Source: Helicobacter sp. 12S02232-10 (GTDB lineage Bacteria > Campylobacterota > Campylobacteria > Campylobacterales > Helicobacteraceae). Taken from it: DNA of 40,000 nucleotides. The notes under the pieces are model-generated. The model searched no databases and was not told the origin of the DNA. It worked only from the letters and a program-made list of their open reading frames with translations. The translations under genes and the position numbers were made by a program. This document shows, piece after piece, positions 22,972 to 30,941 of the stretch. The stretch is taken from positions 109,800-149,799 of the forward strand of contig NZ_MLAQ01000001.1 of NCBI RefSeq assembly GCF_002272895.1, given 5' to 3'. Position 1 is the stretch's first letter. The number at the start of each line of letters is the position of its first letter.

Positions 22972-23504
22972 AATCATTAAGTTTTAAGCAAGCTGAAAAT
23001 CAAACTGATTTTGAAAATATCCATTTGCTTGCCAAAGAGATTTGGCAAGAACATTACGCCAACATTCTCTCACAATCTCAAATTCAATATATGATACAAA
23101 ATTTTCAAAGCGTCCAAGCAATAGCTAAACAAACCCAAGAAAATTATGAATATTTTAAAATTATTAGGAATGAAGAATTGGCGGGTTATTTTGCAATCAT
23201 ACAAAAAAATGATCCTTATATATCTAAAAATGTAAAAGGTATTTTTTTGAGCAAACTCTATATTCAAAAGAATCATCGCAATCAAGGTATTGCTAAAGCT
23301 GTAATGCATCATCTCAAAGAGCTTGTAAAAACCTTACAAATTGACTATATCTGGCTGAGTGTAAATAAGCAAAATATAAACTCTCTAAAAGCCTATGAAA
23401 AGCTTGGTTTTAAAGTCTATAGGGAAGATAAGATTCCTATTGGAGAAGGCTATATAATGGATGATTATTATATGAAATTAGATATAAATTTTATAAAGGA
23501 TTGA
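22968..23504 (+). CDS. GNAT family N-acetyltransferase
   Basis: Acetyl-CoA motif ([11 protein letters not shown]) and a YEKLGF motif, 178 aa. Confidence 0.85.
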   Translation: MKSLSFKQAENQTDFENIHLLAKEIWQEHYANILSQSQIQYMIQNFQSVQAIAKQTQENYEYFKIIRNEELAGYFAIIQKNDPYISKNVKGIFLSKLYIQKNHRNQGIAKAVMHHLKELVKTLQIDYIWLSVNKQNINSLKAYEKLGFKVYREDKIPIGEGYIMDDYYMKLDINFIKD

Positions 23505-23508
23505 TAAT

Positions 23509-24045
23509 ATGGACCGTATATTGAGTGTTATTTGGTTTTTATTTGGCTTGGCCATTCTTGCTTGTGGAATCATATCTGTTTTTACCCCCACAGAGACATT
23601 TTTAGCTCTGATGGTTCTGATCCCAATTATTTTAATTGCAAGTGGCATAGTAGGAATTTTTTATTACTTTAGAATTCGAGAATTTTCCAGTTCCCAATGG
23701 GTATTGGGAGATGGTTTGTTATCTTTGTTTTTTGGACTTATATTTACATTTGGTGGGGTTGAATTCACTTCTATTACAATGATTTATTTTGTGGCATTTT
23801 TGGCAATATTTAAAGGTATTTTGGGAATATCTTCTTCTTTTGTGTTAAAAAAATCAGGATTTTCTCAATGGTTTTGGTTATTTATTGTTTCAACAATTAA
23901 TATTTTCATCGGGATAATTTTTGCCATCAATCCAAGTATTGCATCTGTAACTATAGGTATCTTAGCCGGTATTTATTTCATATTTTTTGGTCTAATCTCC
24001 TTAATGGGATGGTGGGGATTGAAAAAATTCAAATCAATCCTTTAG
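23509..24045 (+). CDS. HdeD/DUF308-like membrane protein
   Basis: 178 aa, six hydrophobic helices in a repeated pattern, Gly-rich TM segments. Confidence 0.55.
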   Translation: MDRILSVIWFLFGLAILACGIISVFTPTETFLALMVLIPIILIASGIVGIFYYFRIREFSSSQWVLGDGLLSLFFGLIFTFGGVEFTSITMIYFVAFLAIFKGILGISSSFVLKKSGFSQWFWLFIVSTINIFIGIIFAINPSIASVTIGILAGIYFIFFGLISLMGWWGLKKFKSIL

Positions 24046-25112
24046 TGGTTGATATTATCCATAATACTGGCCGCTTCTAAAAGATGCTTCTTGTCAAAAT
24101 GCGTATAAATTCTACTTGTGTTTAAATCTGCGTGTCCTAAAGCTTCTTGGACCAATACTAAATCGTGTCTTTTTTGGTAGAGCAGGGTGGCAAAAGAATG
24201 TCTTAACATATGTGCTCCATTTTTTTCTTTTCGAATGCCGATACTGGCTAGTATTTGCTCAACTTGACGGTAAATATAAGCTTGTGTCAAAGGTCTTCCT
24301 CTTTGATTGCAAAATAATAACTCGTCTTCAACCTCGATCTGAGATCTTATCATCAGCCATTCTTCAAGCAAATTTCGAATATGGAGTGCTTTTATCATTA
24401 CTACTCGATATTTATTTCCTTTTCCTTTGATATTCAAAAGATATAAATTTTCTTCTAGGTTTATATCCTTTGCTTTAAGATGGATAGCCTCACTAACTCT
24501 TATGCCGGTGTAAATAATCATTTTTATGATCAAGCGGTTTCTTGCACGAATTTTTTCTGACATTTCAAATTTTTCAATCCCAGATAAAAATTTTTCCAAT
24601 TCATCCTGATTTAGATAGGTAGGGAGTTTTTGTCCTGATTTTCCCTTGACCCCGCTAATATTTTTGAGTTCTATATTATAAATATATGAATTTCCGTTTG
24701 CATCTTGATTTTGTTTATCAATATAATTAAAAAAGCCTAGCAAAGCAATACGATAATTTTTTTTGCTCGCCAAGCTCAATCCCCCTGTCTGCATTGCCAA
24801 AAACTCACTCAAGACCTCTTCATCAATTTCTTTCATTGAATTAAAATCTCTCAAATACTCATAAAGCTTGATAATAGGTTGGGCATAAGTATTAATGCCA
24901 ATGAGTCCTGCATTTCTAGCAATTTTACAAATCATCTCAAGTTCTTGAATATTTTTAGGTTTTTTTTGAAGTCTTTGGAGGCATTCTTGAATACATTTTT
25001 TATCCTTTACTTGGGTATTTGAAAGCGTTGTAAGTTTATAACGAATAAAACGAGATGACCAAAATAGTAAATCTTGTAAAAAACCTTCATCGGATTCTAA
25101 AACATAACGCAT
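24042..25112 (-). CDS. xerH: XerH-type tyrosine site-specific recombinase
   Basis: 356 aa, the long form typical of the epsilonproteobacterial single-Xer enzyme. Catalytic R (TGIRVSEA), HMLRHSFAT, LGHADLNTSRIYTH (R-H-R-H-Y set). AAGGA RBS. A difH-like site lies 31 bp upstream of its ATG. Confidence 0.8.
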   Translation of the reverse strand: MRYVLESDEGFLQDLLFWSSRFIRYKLTTLSNTQVKDKKCIQECLQRLQKKPKNIQELEMICKIARNAGLIGINTYAQPIIKLYEYLRDFNSMKEIDEEVLSEFLAMQTGGLSLASKKNYRIALLGFFNYIDKQNQDANGNSYIYNIELKNISGVKGKSGQKLPTYLNQDELEKFLSGIEKFEMSEKIRARNRLIIKMIIYTGIRVSEAIHLKAKDINLEENLYLLNIKGKGNKYRVVMIKALHIRNLLEEWLMIRSQIEVEDELLFCNQRGRPLTQAYIYRQVEQILASIGIRKEKNGAHMLRHSFATLLYQKRHDLVLVQEALGHADLNTSRIYTHFDKKHLLEAASIMDNINH

Positions 25113-25142
25113 CTATATCCTTTTATTTATTATAATAGTAAA

Positions 25143-25176
25143 TTTAGTTATGAAAACCATAATTTTCAAACTTTTT
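25143..25176 (+). promoter_or_regulatory. difH-like Xer recombination site (functional-looking; attL of the insertion)
   Basis: TTT-AGTTATGAAAA-CCATAA-TTTTCAAACTT-TTT: two imperfectly inverted 11-bp arms around a 6-bp centre. This matches my recollection of the Helicobacter difH arms (..AGTTATGAAAA..N6..TTTTCA..). Confidence 0.7.
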
Positions 25177-25205
25177 ATTTTATCTTGAAATTCCATAATA
25201 TCGAT

Positions 25206-25250
25206 GGTTTGAAAAATTATAGCACGAAAACTAGAGTTTTCATAACTAAA
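25206..25250 (-). promoter_or_regulatory. second, inverted dif-like site
   Basis: The minus strand reads TTTAGTTATGAAAA-CTCTAG-TTTTCGTG-CTATAAT-TTTTCAAACC. The 14-nt left arm is identical to that of site 1, the right arm is degenerate, and an extra right-arm copy lies 7 nt further on. Confidence 0.5.
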
Positions 25251-25303
25251 AAAAGCTTAAATTTAAAAAGTTTAATTTCTATTCTTAAGATTAAGTTCGA
25301 TAG

Positions 25304-26041
25304 ATGTTCTTAGAAAATTTAGATTTTTTGAGTTTAAAAATTCCTAAAGAAGCTTACACCCTCTTAAAAACTAACTTTGGAAGAAATTGCCTTATTTTGT
25401 ATGGTCTTATAAGGAATAGATGTGAATTTAATGGCTCCTATAAATTTACTACGTCTGAATTTTCTGAATTTTTTGAAATAGAACAAAGACAAATTAATCG
25501 ATGGCTAAATTTTTTAAAACAATCTAACCTAATCGACTTTAAAATCACTTCAAAGCACTATATATGCAGGATTGAAGGCATTACAGGCAAATACCCGCCC
25601 TACTCTAACCCTGTAAATGAAGCCTCAAACTCTGAAGCCTCTGAATCCTTACCCCCTGTTAAAAAATCCAAAAAGAAAAAAGAAAAAAGCATTTATTCAG
25701 AGCTTTCAGATGAAGAGCTAGATTTAATGGATGAAATTGAAACTTATCTCAGAGGGCAGAAGTTAAGATATCAAGATTTTGATATGGATTTTTTAAATGT
25801 AATTTATGAAGAAGAGAGTAACGAATTTCAAATTAGATTTTTACGAGAAGATGGCGGGATGGTATATTTTACAAGGCATAGAACGCATTTAAAGAAAAAT
25901 AACAGTGCTTCTCTTTTTCAGGCTTTTGACAATATGGCAATGAATTATCACCATTATCACGACACCATAGCACCAAAAAGAAGCGTGGGCGAGCTTGTCA
26001 ATAATGCCTACAAGCCCCTTAAAAAGGAGGTTAAAATGTAG
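25304..26041 (+). CDS. putative DNA-binding replication/regulatory protein (winged-HTH-like N-terminus)
   Basis: The N-terminal ~90 aa resemble a wHTH (TTSEFSEFFEIEQRQINRWLNFLKQSNLI), followed by an S/E/K-rich linker (KKSKKKKEK). First gene of the element. Function inferred. Confidence 0.4.
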   Translation: MFLENLDFLSLKIPKEAYTLLKTNFGRNCLILYGLIRNRCEFNGSYKFTTSEFSEFFEIEQRQINRWLNFLKQSNLIDFKITSKHYICRIEGITGKYPPYSNPVNEASNSEASESLPPVKKSKKKKEKSIYSELSDEELDLMDEIETYLRGQKLRYQDFDMDFLNVIYEEESNEFQIRFLREDGGMVYFTRHRTHLKKNNSASLFQAFDNMAMNYHHYHDTIAPKRSVGELVNNAYKPLKKEVKM

Positions 26042-26090
26042 GAAAGGACTGAAAAAATTATTGACACAAATTATATCAAAAGGATAAAAA

Positions 26091-26369
26091 ATGATTTTAA
26101 ATGTTGATGTTAATGTAACTCTATATGATGTTTTGGAAGATGAATACTGCTTTTCAACAGGGTTTCAAAAGGCGATAAATGATGTTTGTGAGTATTTTGA
26201 TAAACCAAACCCTTTTATAAAAGATGATAACAGCTTAGAAGCGGTTATAAAACAACTAAACGAGGTTATCAATGAAGTTTATTGCCTTCCATTACATTCT
26301 AAAAAAATGGTTTTAAAAAACCTGGATTCAAAAAAATTACAGGAGCTTTATAATGCACTCAATGATTAA
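26091..26369 (+). CDS. phage hypothetical protein (acidic, 92 aa)
   Basis: ATG preceded by AAAGGA. No motif recognised. Its 3' two-thirds are duplicated in the mini-element. Confidence 0.55.
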   Translation: MILNVDVNVTLYDVLEDEYCFSTGFQKAINDVCEYFDKPNPFIKDDNSLEAVIKQLNEVINEVYCLPLHSKKMVLKNLDSKKLQELYNALND

Positions 26370-26832
26370 AGGCGATTTTCCTAAAATGCTTGAAATACTG
26401 ATGAAAGAAGGAATTTTTAGCAACTACCTTAATGAAGCGATAACAAGTGACTCAAAGACTTCTTATAAGCTTCTTTTTATAGGTTTTACTGGGGGCTTTG
26501 ATTTTCCAAAAGAGAGTATTTGCAATGATGATTTATACAAACACGGATTAGTAGCTTTGTTTGCTTATAAAACCATCCATATAGTTTGCATCGGTTGCAC
26601 AAATATGACTTTTGAAAAGTTTAGAGAAATCATTTTACAACCAACTAAAAAAAGAGAAGCCACGATTAAAAGATATTTCAATGCATTCCATCAAAAACAC
26701 GATGACAAAGTTTTAAGAACTCAAGAGATACAAGCCTTAATTAAGCACCATAGCAAAATCTACCCTCAATTTTTAGAGCTTTTTGAAACCTTGATACAAT
26801 CGGATAAGCTAGATAAGTTAAATAATAATTGA
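26353..26832 (+). CDS. phage hypothetical protein (159 aa)
   Basis: Overlaps the upstream ORF by 17 nt and has a GGAG RBS. The C-terminal 96 codons are duplicated exactly at 35367..35657. Its last 30 nt form part of the inverted repeat. Confidence 0.6.
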   Translation: MHSMIKGDFPKMLEILMKEGIFSNYLNEAITSDSKTSYKLLFIGFTGGFDFPKESICNDDLYKHGLVALFAYKTIHIVCIGCTNMTFEKFREIILQPTKKREATIKRYFNAFHQKHDDKVLRTQEIQALIKHHSKIYPQFLELFETLIQSDKLDKLNNN

Positions 26833-27027
26833 CTTTTAAAGGAGTAATTAAGGAAAGTAGTGTATAATTTTATCGCCCCTCGTTCGTAGCGGGGGGCAAG
26901 ACCAAATTAAAGGACCTGCGATGTGCACCAAACATCGGAAAGCCTTTAAGAAATTATACATCAAATTTAAAATATTTGGTATAAAAATTATCTTAAAGGC
27001 TAAGAGGGGTTAATCCCCTCCATCCTT
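26803..27027. repeat. inverted-repeat module, left copy (IR-L)
   Basis: The reverse complement of 33815..34034 aligns with near-identical flanks and an unrelated ~50-bp core. Hairpins at 26875-26897, 26919-26937 and 27004-27020. Confidence 0.9.
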
Positions 27028-27045
27028 TAATATATGGTTTTTCTT
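26875..27045 (+). ncRNA. candidate structured RNA / late-operon leader (copy 1)
   Basis: Perfect TATAAT at 26863-26868 places a start near 26875, exactly at the first GC-rich hairpin (GCCCCTCG-N7-CGGGGGGC), and two further hairpins follow. The 3' end is uncertain, and the transcript may read through into 27154. Confidence 0.35.
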
Positions 27046-27153
27046 CCCCTCCCCTTTTCAAACCTTTATTTAATCATCTTCAGTATTATTTTTATATTTA
27101 TTTGTAATACTATGGTATTATTTTAATCATAAAAAATAATACTAGGATTTTGA

Positions 27154-27447
27154 ATGTCTGAAATTTATAACAATAAAGAAACTCAAAGCGATATCCAAAA
27201 AAACTCAATTGAATATCCTGAGATGAAAATAGACAGCAAGCTAAAAAAGGCACTCGAGATTAAAAAAGAGCTTGAAAAAGAAGAGGACCCCACTCAAAAT
27301 CAAGATTCAGAAGTGCAAACCCCCGCTTTTGAAGATAGTAAAGCCCCTTTTTTTATTTTAGGAGCTACATTTTTAGCCGTGGTAGCTTTTATTTTAAGTC
27401 CAAAAATTATTAAATTGTTTGAAAAAGGCAGAAGTAATGAGGAATGA
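27154..27447 (+). CDS. phage membrane protein (C-terminal TM)
   Basis: 97 aa with a charged N-terminal half and then a TM helix (FFILGATFLAVVAFIL). Confidence 0.6.
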   Translation: MSEIYNNKETQSDIQKNSIEYPEMKIDSKLKKALEIKKELEKEEDPTQNQDSEVQTPAFEDSKAPFFILGATFLAVVAFILSPKIIKLFEKGRSNEE

Positions 27448-28033
27448 AATGGAAAACGGGGCGATAAATGAAGAAAAAATCCCCGATTTTGTAAATTTCG
27501 ATAAAAATACAAGCGAATCAGCTAAAAAAGAGGATTCTAAGGGTTTTGAAGCATCAGGCTTTAAACTGTTTCAAATGAAGTTAGATGATTTAGCTACCTT
27601 AGCAAAGCCTTACGCCCCCTCAAAATCCCACGATACGCTTGTAAAAATGGGTAAAAAGAAACTCATTGCCATCATTCAAGCTAAATCAGATAATACACAA
27701 GAGGTTAATAATGTCTCAAATAATATTAATAATCTTGAAAACCTTGTTAAATCCTTCCTACAAGCCTGTGATGAATTTAAAAAAGAACGCGATAAAGAAC
27801 CCAATAACACCGCCCTTAAAGCAACGATTGAAAATAATGTGCATCCTGCTTTTGGGAATGGGGCTATTGCTTCCGTTGATTCTACTTTTGTGGCTAGGAT
27901 TATTGTTATATGCGGGCTTCTATACATTGCTACAGATTCCTTTTTTGGTATTAAAAACGTTGTTAATGCCTATAAAAATTATTTGTCAAAAAAGAAAGCT
28001 AGCAAAGCTAAAGAGAGTGCAAATGCAAGCTAA
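27419..28033 (+). CDS. phage membrane-anchored protein (coiled-coil plus C-terminal TM)
   Basis: The track start is a TTG. The ATG at 27437 (11-nt overlap with the upstream stop) is more likely. C-terminal TM (ARIIVICGLLYIATDSFFGI) and a K-rich tail. Confidence 0.6.
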   Translation: MKKAEVMRNEMENGAINEEKIPDFVNFDKNTSESAKKEDSKGFEASGFKLFQMKLDDLATLAKPYAPSKSHDTLVKMGKKKLIAIIQAKSDNTQEVNNVSNNINNLENLVKSFLQACDEFKKERDKEPNNTALKATIENNVHPAFGNGAIASVDSTFVARIIVICGLLYIATDSFFGIKNVVNAYKNYLSKKKASKAKESANAS

Positions 28034-28718
28034 ATTTAATACTTTTCATACAATTATGGGTAAAAAGGGCTATGGCAAAAGTTCGCTATGTGATATTTTG
28101 CTAATTTTGAATAACCGCCCTGCCTTGATTTTAGATACTACAAACGGCTTTCCACCCTTAGGAAAAAACCGCCTTTTTTTCGATGATATGGAAGAGCTAA
28201 ATCTTTATCTACAGCTACATTACAAAGAATTCATCAGCAAAAAACAGCAATTAATCCTCCAAACCAGAGACCCCGAGCAGTTTGAAGAGCTTTGCATTAC
28301 AGCTTATAAGTGTTCTAAAATTAGTTTGTTTATTGATGAAGTTGATTTTTATTGCGGGGCGAGTTTATCTAAAAAAAGTGCGTTCTACGATATTATCCAT
28401 ACAGGACGCCACCAAGAAATTGACCTTTATACAGCCAGCAGGCGACCAGCTAATATTAGCAGGGATTTGACCAGCCAGACCGATATTTTTTATCTCACAA
28501 TGACCACAGAAAACAGAGATTTTGACTACATTAAGCAAGCTTTTGGCGAAGATGTCAGCGATAAAATCAAGACTATCAAGCCATTTCATTTTTTAGTTAT
28601 CGACAAAACAAAAACGAATGCAGATGGCAGTAATCCCATCAACTTGCTTATTACTAAAAAAGAACAATTGGAATCAATTTATCGCTTAAATCTAAAAAAG
28701 GAGAGCAAAAATGATTGA
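28023..28718 (+). CDS. P-loop NTPase, putative genome-packaging ATPase (A32/P9-like; Zot-like not excluded)
   Basis: Walker A MGKKGYGKSS 10 aa from the ATG at 28023, Walker B SLFIDEVD, then HTGRHQEIDLYTASRRP. No TM segment. The 27666 track start only adds an out-of-context overlap with the previous gene. Confidence 0.7.
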   Translation: MQAKFNTFHTIMGKKGYGKSSLCDILLILNNRPALILDTTNGFPPLGKNRLFFDDMEELNLYLQLHYKEFISKKQQLILQTRDPEQFEELCITAYKCSKISLFIDEVDFYCGASLSKKSAFYDIIHTGRHQEIDLYTASRRPANISRDLTSQTDIFYLTMTTENRDFDYIKQAFGEDVSDKIKTIKPFHFLVIDKTKTNADGSNPINLLITKKEQLESIYRLNLKKESKND

Positions 28719-28800
28719 TAAAAAACTTGTGTTATCTACCATAGCAGGGCTTATTATCGGGCGTTTGATTGGGAAATATATCCCATCTTTGAAAGTTTAA
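28711..28800 (+). CDS. 29-aa single-TM peptide
   Basis: AGGAG RBS, ATG overlapping the ATPase stop (ATGATTGA). MIDKKLVLSTIAGLIIGRLIGKYIPSLKV. Below the ORF-track length cutoff, found by hand. Confidence 0.5.
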   Translation: MIDKKLVLSTIAGLIIGRLIGKYIPSLKV

Positions 28801-28816
28801 AAAAAAAGGAAAAAAT

Positions 28817-28912
28817 ATGAAGACTTATATTATCAATGGATTCGTTGTTGCAGTCGTTGCAATATTGTTTAACAAGCTATTGGCGCCTTTAATGGCTAAA
28901 TTTGGATTTTAA
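28817..28912 (+). CDS. 31-aa single-TM peptide
   Basis: AAGGA RBS. MKTYIINGFVVAVVAILFNKLLAPLMAKFGF. Found by hand. Confidence 0.5.
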   Translation: MKTYIINGFVVAVVAILFNKLLAPLMAKFGF

Positions 28913-28926
28913 TAAAAGGATAAGTT

Positions 28927-29901
28927 ATGCCAACCAAAAAACCATTATTCATTCCTCAACCAGCTACAAACCTAGTTTTGGGAGGTTCGAGCAATACTAT
29001 CAGTCTCAATCGCGGTTATACCGTGGATATGCTTCAAGGCGAAATTTATTTTGATTATACCTGTGAAAGCGGAGCAAGCTTTACCCCCGAGCATTTTTGG
29101 AATTCCATTAGCAATTTTGTTATCTTAGGAGATTCTAGCACCTACTACAAAAATCAAAGCTTTAGAAGCCTCAAAGCACAAGGCTATCGTATTGCAGGTA
29201 CAGAAATCAATACAGACCCTGAAAGTACAGCAGGAAATCACACTTACACCTTAAGATTTTTTATCCCATTAGGACTTTTTGGATTTAGCAATATTTCAGA
29301 TGCAGGGATAGAGAGTTCAATGTTTCAAAGCTTGCAAATAACATTCAATTCAGCAAGTGATAAAGATGTAGGCAGTGGTATTAAAATCAATTCAGGGCAA
29401 ATCAGGCTTTGGGAGTTTTCAGAACAACGTGTAGCAGGAACTTACACCGATAGCAGTGGCAAGCAGGTAAGCGGGCTTAGAAACCCTTTAAATTATTACC
29501 AAGAAACCAAAATAGAGACCATTAAAAGCAGTGGCACCGGCTACACAATCCAGCTACCCCCTTATCAATGGTATATAGGATTCCAGCTTGACACTAGGTT
29601 AAAAGATGGCAGTTTGGATAATTCTGTGATTAAAAATGTGAAATTCAAACAAAACCAGGATTTATTATTGAATCTACCTGTAGAAGTTATCAAAACTGAA
29701 AATCAAAGAAGATTTAGACTTGATAGGAGTTATCTCAATGGAAGTTTTTATGTTGATTTTAGTCAAATGGGACGTGTGAAGCATTCTGAAATTTTAAAAA
29801 CCTTTAATAACCCTACCTTAGAGTTAGATACCGATTTAGGAAGCAACTCAGAGGCTTATTTAGAAATCACTATGGGAATGTTAAAAGATTGGGGCGTGTA
29901 A
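28927..29901 (+). CDS. candidate major capsid protein (jelly-roll type)
   Basis: 324 aa, no TM, rich in short beta-like segments with aromatic/Gly turns. It is the largest soluble protein beside the ATPase and has an AAAGGA RBS. The fold is not verifiable by eye. Confidence 0.5.
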   Translation: MPTKKPLFIPQPATNLVLGGSSNTISLNRGYTVDMLQGEIYFDYTCESGASFTPEHFWNSISNFVILGDSSTYYKNQSFRSLKAQGYRIAGTEINTDPESTAGNHTYTLRFFIPLGLFGFSNISDAGIESSMFQSLQITFNSASDKDVGSGIKINSGQIRLWEFSEQRVAGTYTDSSGKQVSGLRNPLNYYQETKIETIKSSGTGYTIQLPPYQWYIGFQLDTRLKDGSLDNSVIKNVKFKQNQDLLLNLPVEVIKTENQRRFRLDRSYLNGSFYVDFSQMGRVKHSEILKTFNNPTLELDTDLGSNSEAYLEITMGMLKDWGV

Positions 29902-29902
29902 G

Positions 29903-30163
29903 ATGGCACTAGATAGCGGATTTTTTGAAAATATCAGTAGTTCGCTTGGAAAAATCAGCGATATCACAGGTAAGGTAACTGAAGCCATTAGCAATAAAAA
30001 TCCTAAACAAGCAGAGCAGGCAAGAGCGGAGGCGATGGCACAAAAAACAGGGGTTAAGACCCCTTTTATGATGGGTTCAACGAATAAAATGCTTTTAATT
30101 GCAGGCGGGGCGGGTTTATTGTTATTTGCTTTTTTGTTTTTAGGTAAAAAACGCAGGAGGTAG
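29903..30163 (+). CDS. virion/membrane protein, C-terminal TM plus basic tail
   Basis: 86 aa ending LLIAGGAGLLLFAFLFLGKKRRR. Starts 1 nt after the capsid-gene stop. Confidence 0.6.
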   Translation: MALDSGFFENISSSLGKISDITGKVTEAISNKNPKQAEQARAEAMAQKTGVKTPFMMGSTNKMLLIAGGAGLLLFAFLFLGKKRRR

Positions 30164-30166
30164 TTA

Positions 30167-30610
30167 ATGGGAAGCGGAGGACGCGGGGGCGATAATACAA
30201 ATAGCACCACAAATAATAATTATAATTTTTCACAAGCTTTAACAGGTAATAATCTAAGTAATTTTTTAAACTTAGGTACCTTTACTTATGGAAATCACAA
30301 CGTATCCACCCCGTCGTTATCTAATTCAAACTATTCCTCTTTAGGTACTTCGAACAAAAGCGATAATGATAACACTCAAAAATCTGATACAGGTTCAGGA
30401 GGAGCAGGCGGGGGCTTTAGTGCCGCACTTGATTTTGCAGCTAGTGCCGCAATTACAGGCGAAGGCGATGCTAAAAGTGGCGATGCGACCAAAGAAGGCG
30501 GAGGAGCTACCTATACACCCCCACCAAAGAATAATCAACAGCTTTTAATCTTTGGAGGCTTAGCAGTTGGTAGCCTTGTTCTTTTTAATTTATTGAATAA
30601 AAAAAGGTAG
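30167..30610 (+). CDS. low-complexity N/S/G-rich membrane-anchored protein
   Basis: 147 aa with an N/S/T/G-rich body (GSGGAGGG) and a C-terminal TM plus basic tail (LLIFGGLAVGSLVLFNLLNKKR). Confidence 0.6.
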   Translation: MGSGGRGGDNTNSTTNNNYNFSQALTGNNLSNFLNLGTFTYGNHNVSTPSLSNSNYSSLGTSNKSDNDNTQKSDTGSGGAGGGFSAALDFAASAAITGEGDAKSGDATKEGGGATYTPPPKNNQQLLIFGGLAVGSLVLFNLLNKKR

Positions 30611-30614
30611 TTCA

Positions 30615-30941
30615 ATGAATGAGAAACCAAATATCACATTAGCACAAGGCGCAGCCGCCAGTGATAACTCTGTAAGTCTTGGAAACATCGGACAAATAGG
30701 AAACTCTGTGAGTGGCTTCAGTGGGGAGGATGTCCAAGGGATTTTAAACCAGGCAGGGAGTGCTTTGATGGGTTCGCTTTCTCTTGTAATGGGAGAGAAC
30801 GCACAAAACACAGCTAGAATCTTGCAATCTACCAAAACCCCTACCCCAAATAATCCCAGTCCATTCGATTTAAAAACCATTTTTATCGGAGTAGGAATTA
30901 TCGCAGGAGCATACTTTTTAAGCAAAAAAAGGATTTTTTAA
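30615..30941 (+). CDS. membrane-anchored protein, C-terminal TM plus basic tail
   Basis: 108 aa ending IFIGVGIIAGAYFLSKKRIF. Confidence 0.6.
   Translation: MNEKPNITLAQGAAASDNSVSLGNIGQIGNSVSGFSGEDVQGILNQAGSALMGSLSLVMGENAQNTARILQSTKTPTPNNPSPFDLKTIFIGVGIIAGAYFLSKKRIF

Noticed and set aside
24041-24046. Convergent overlap of the stop codons of the HdeD-like gene and xerH (shared TTTAG/TAA), with no intergenic terminator.
   Set aside because: Compact convergent ends are common in small AT-rich genomes. There is no further signal.
25949-25960. HHYH near the C-terminus of the 245-aa protein as a possible HUH motif of a rolling-circle Rep.
   Set aside because: It lies ~20 residues from the C-terminus with no downstream catalytic Tyr motif and no flanking hydrophobic pattern. 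This is most likely chance.
27666-28022. N-terminal 119-aa extension of the ATPase ORF (track 27666..28718, very hydrophobic).
   Set aside because: It overlaps the 204-aa ORF in another frame. The ATG at 28023 places the Walker A motif at the usual distance from the N-terminus and gives the same 11-nt overlap seen at the previous gene junction. Other embedded ORFs (27300..27512, 27676..27927, 28282..28470, 28365..28589, 29881..30210, 30366..30548, 30590..30925, 31225..31410, 31557..31898, 31712..31912) were rejected in the same way.
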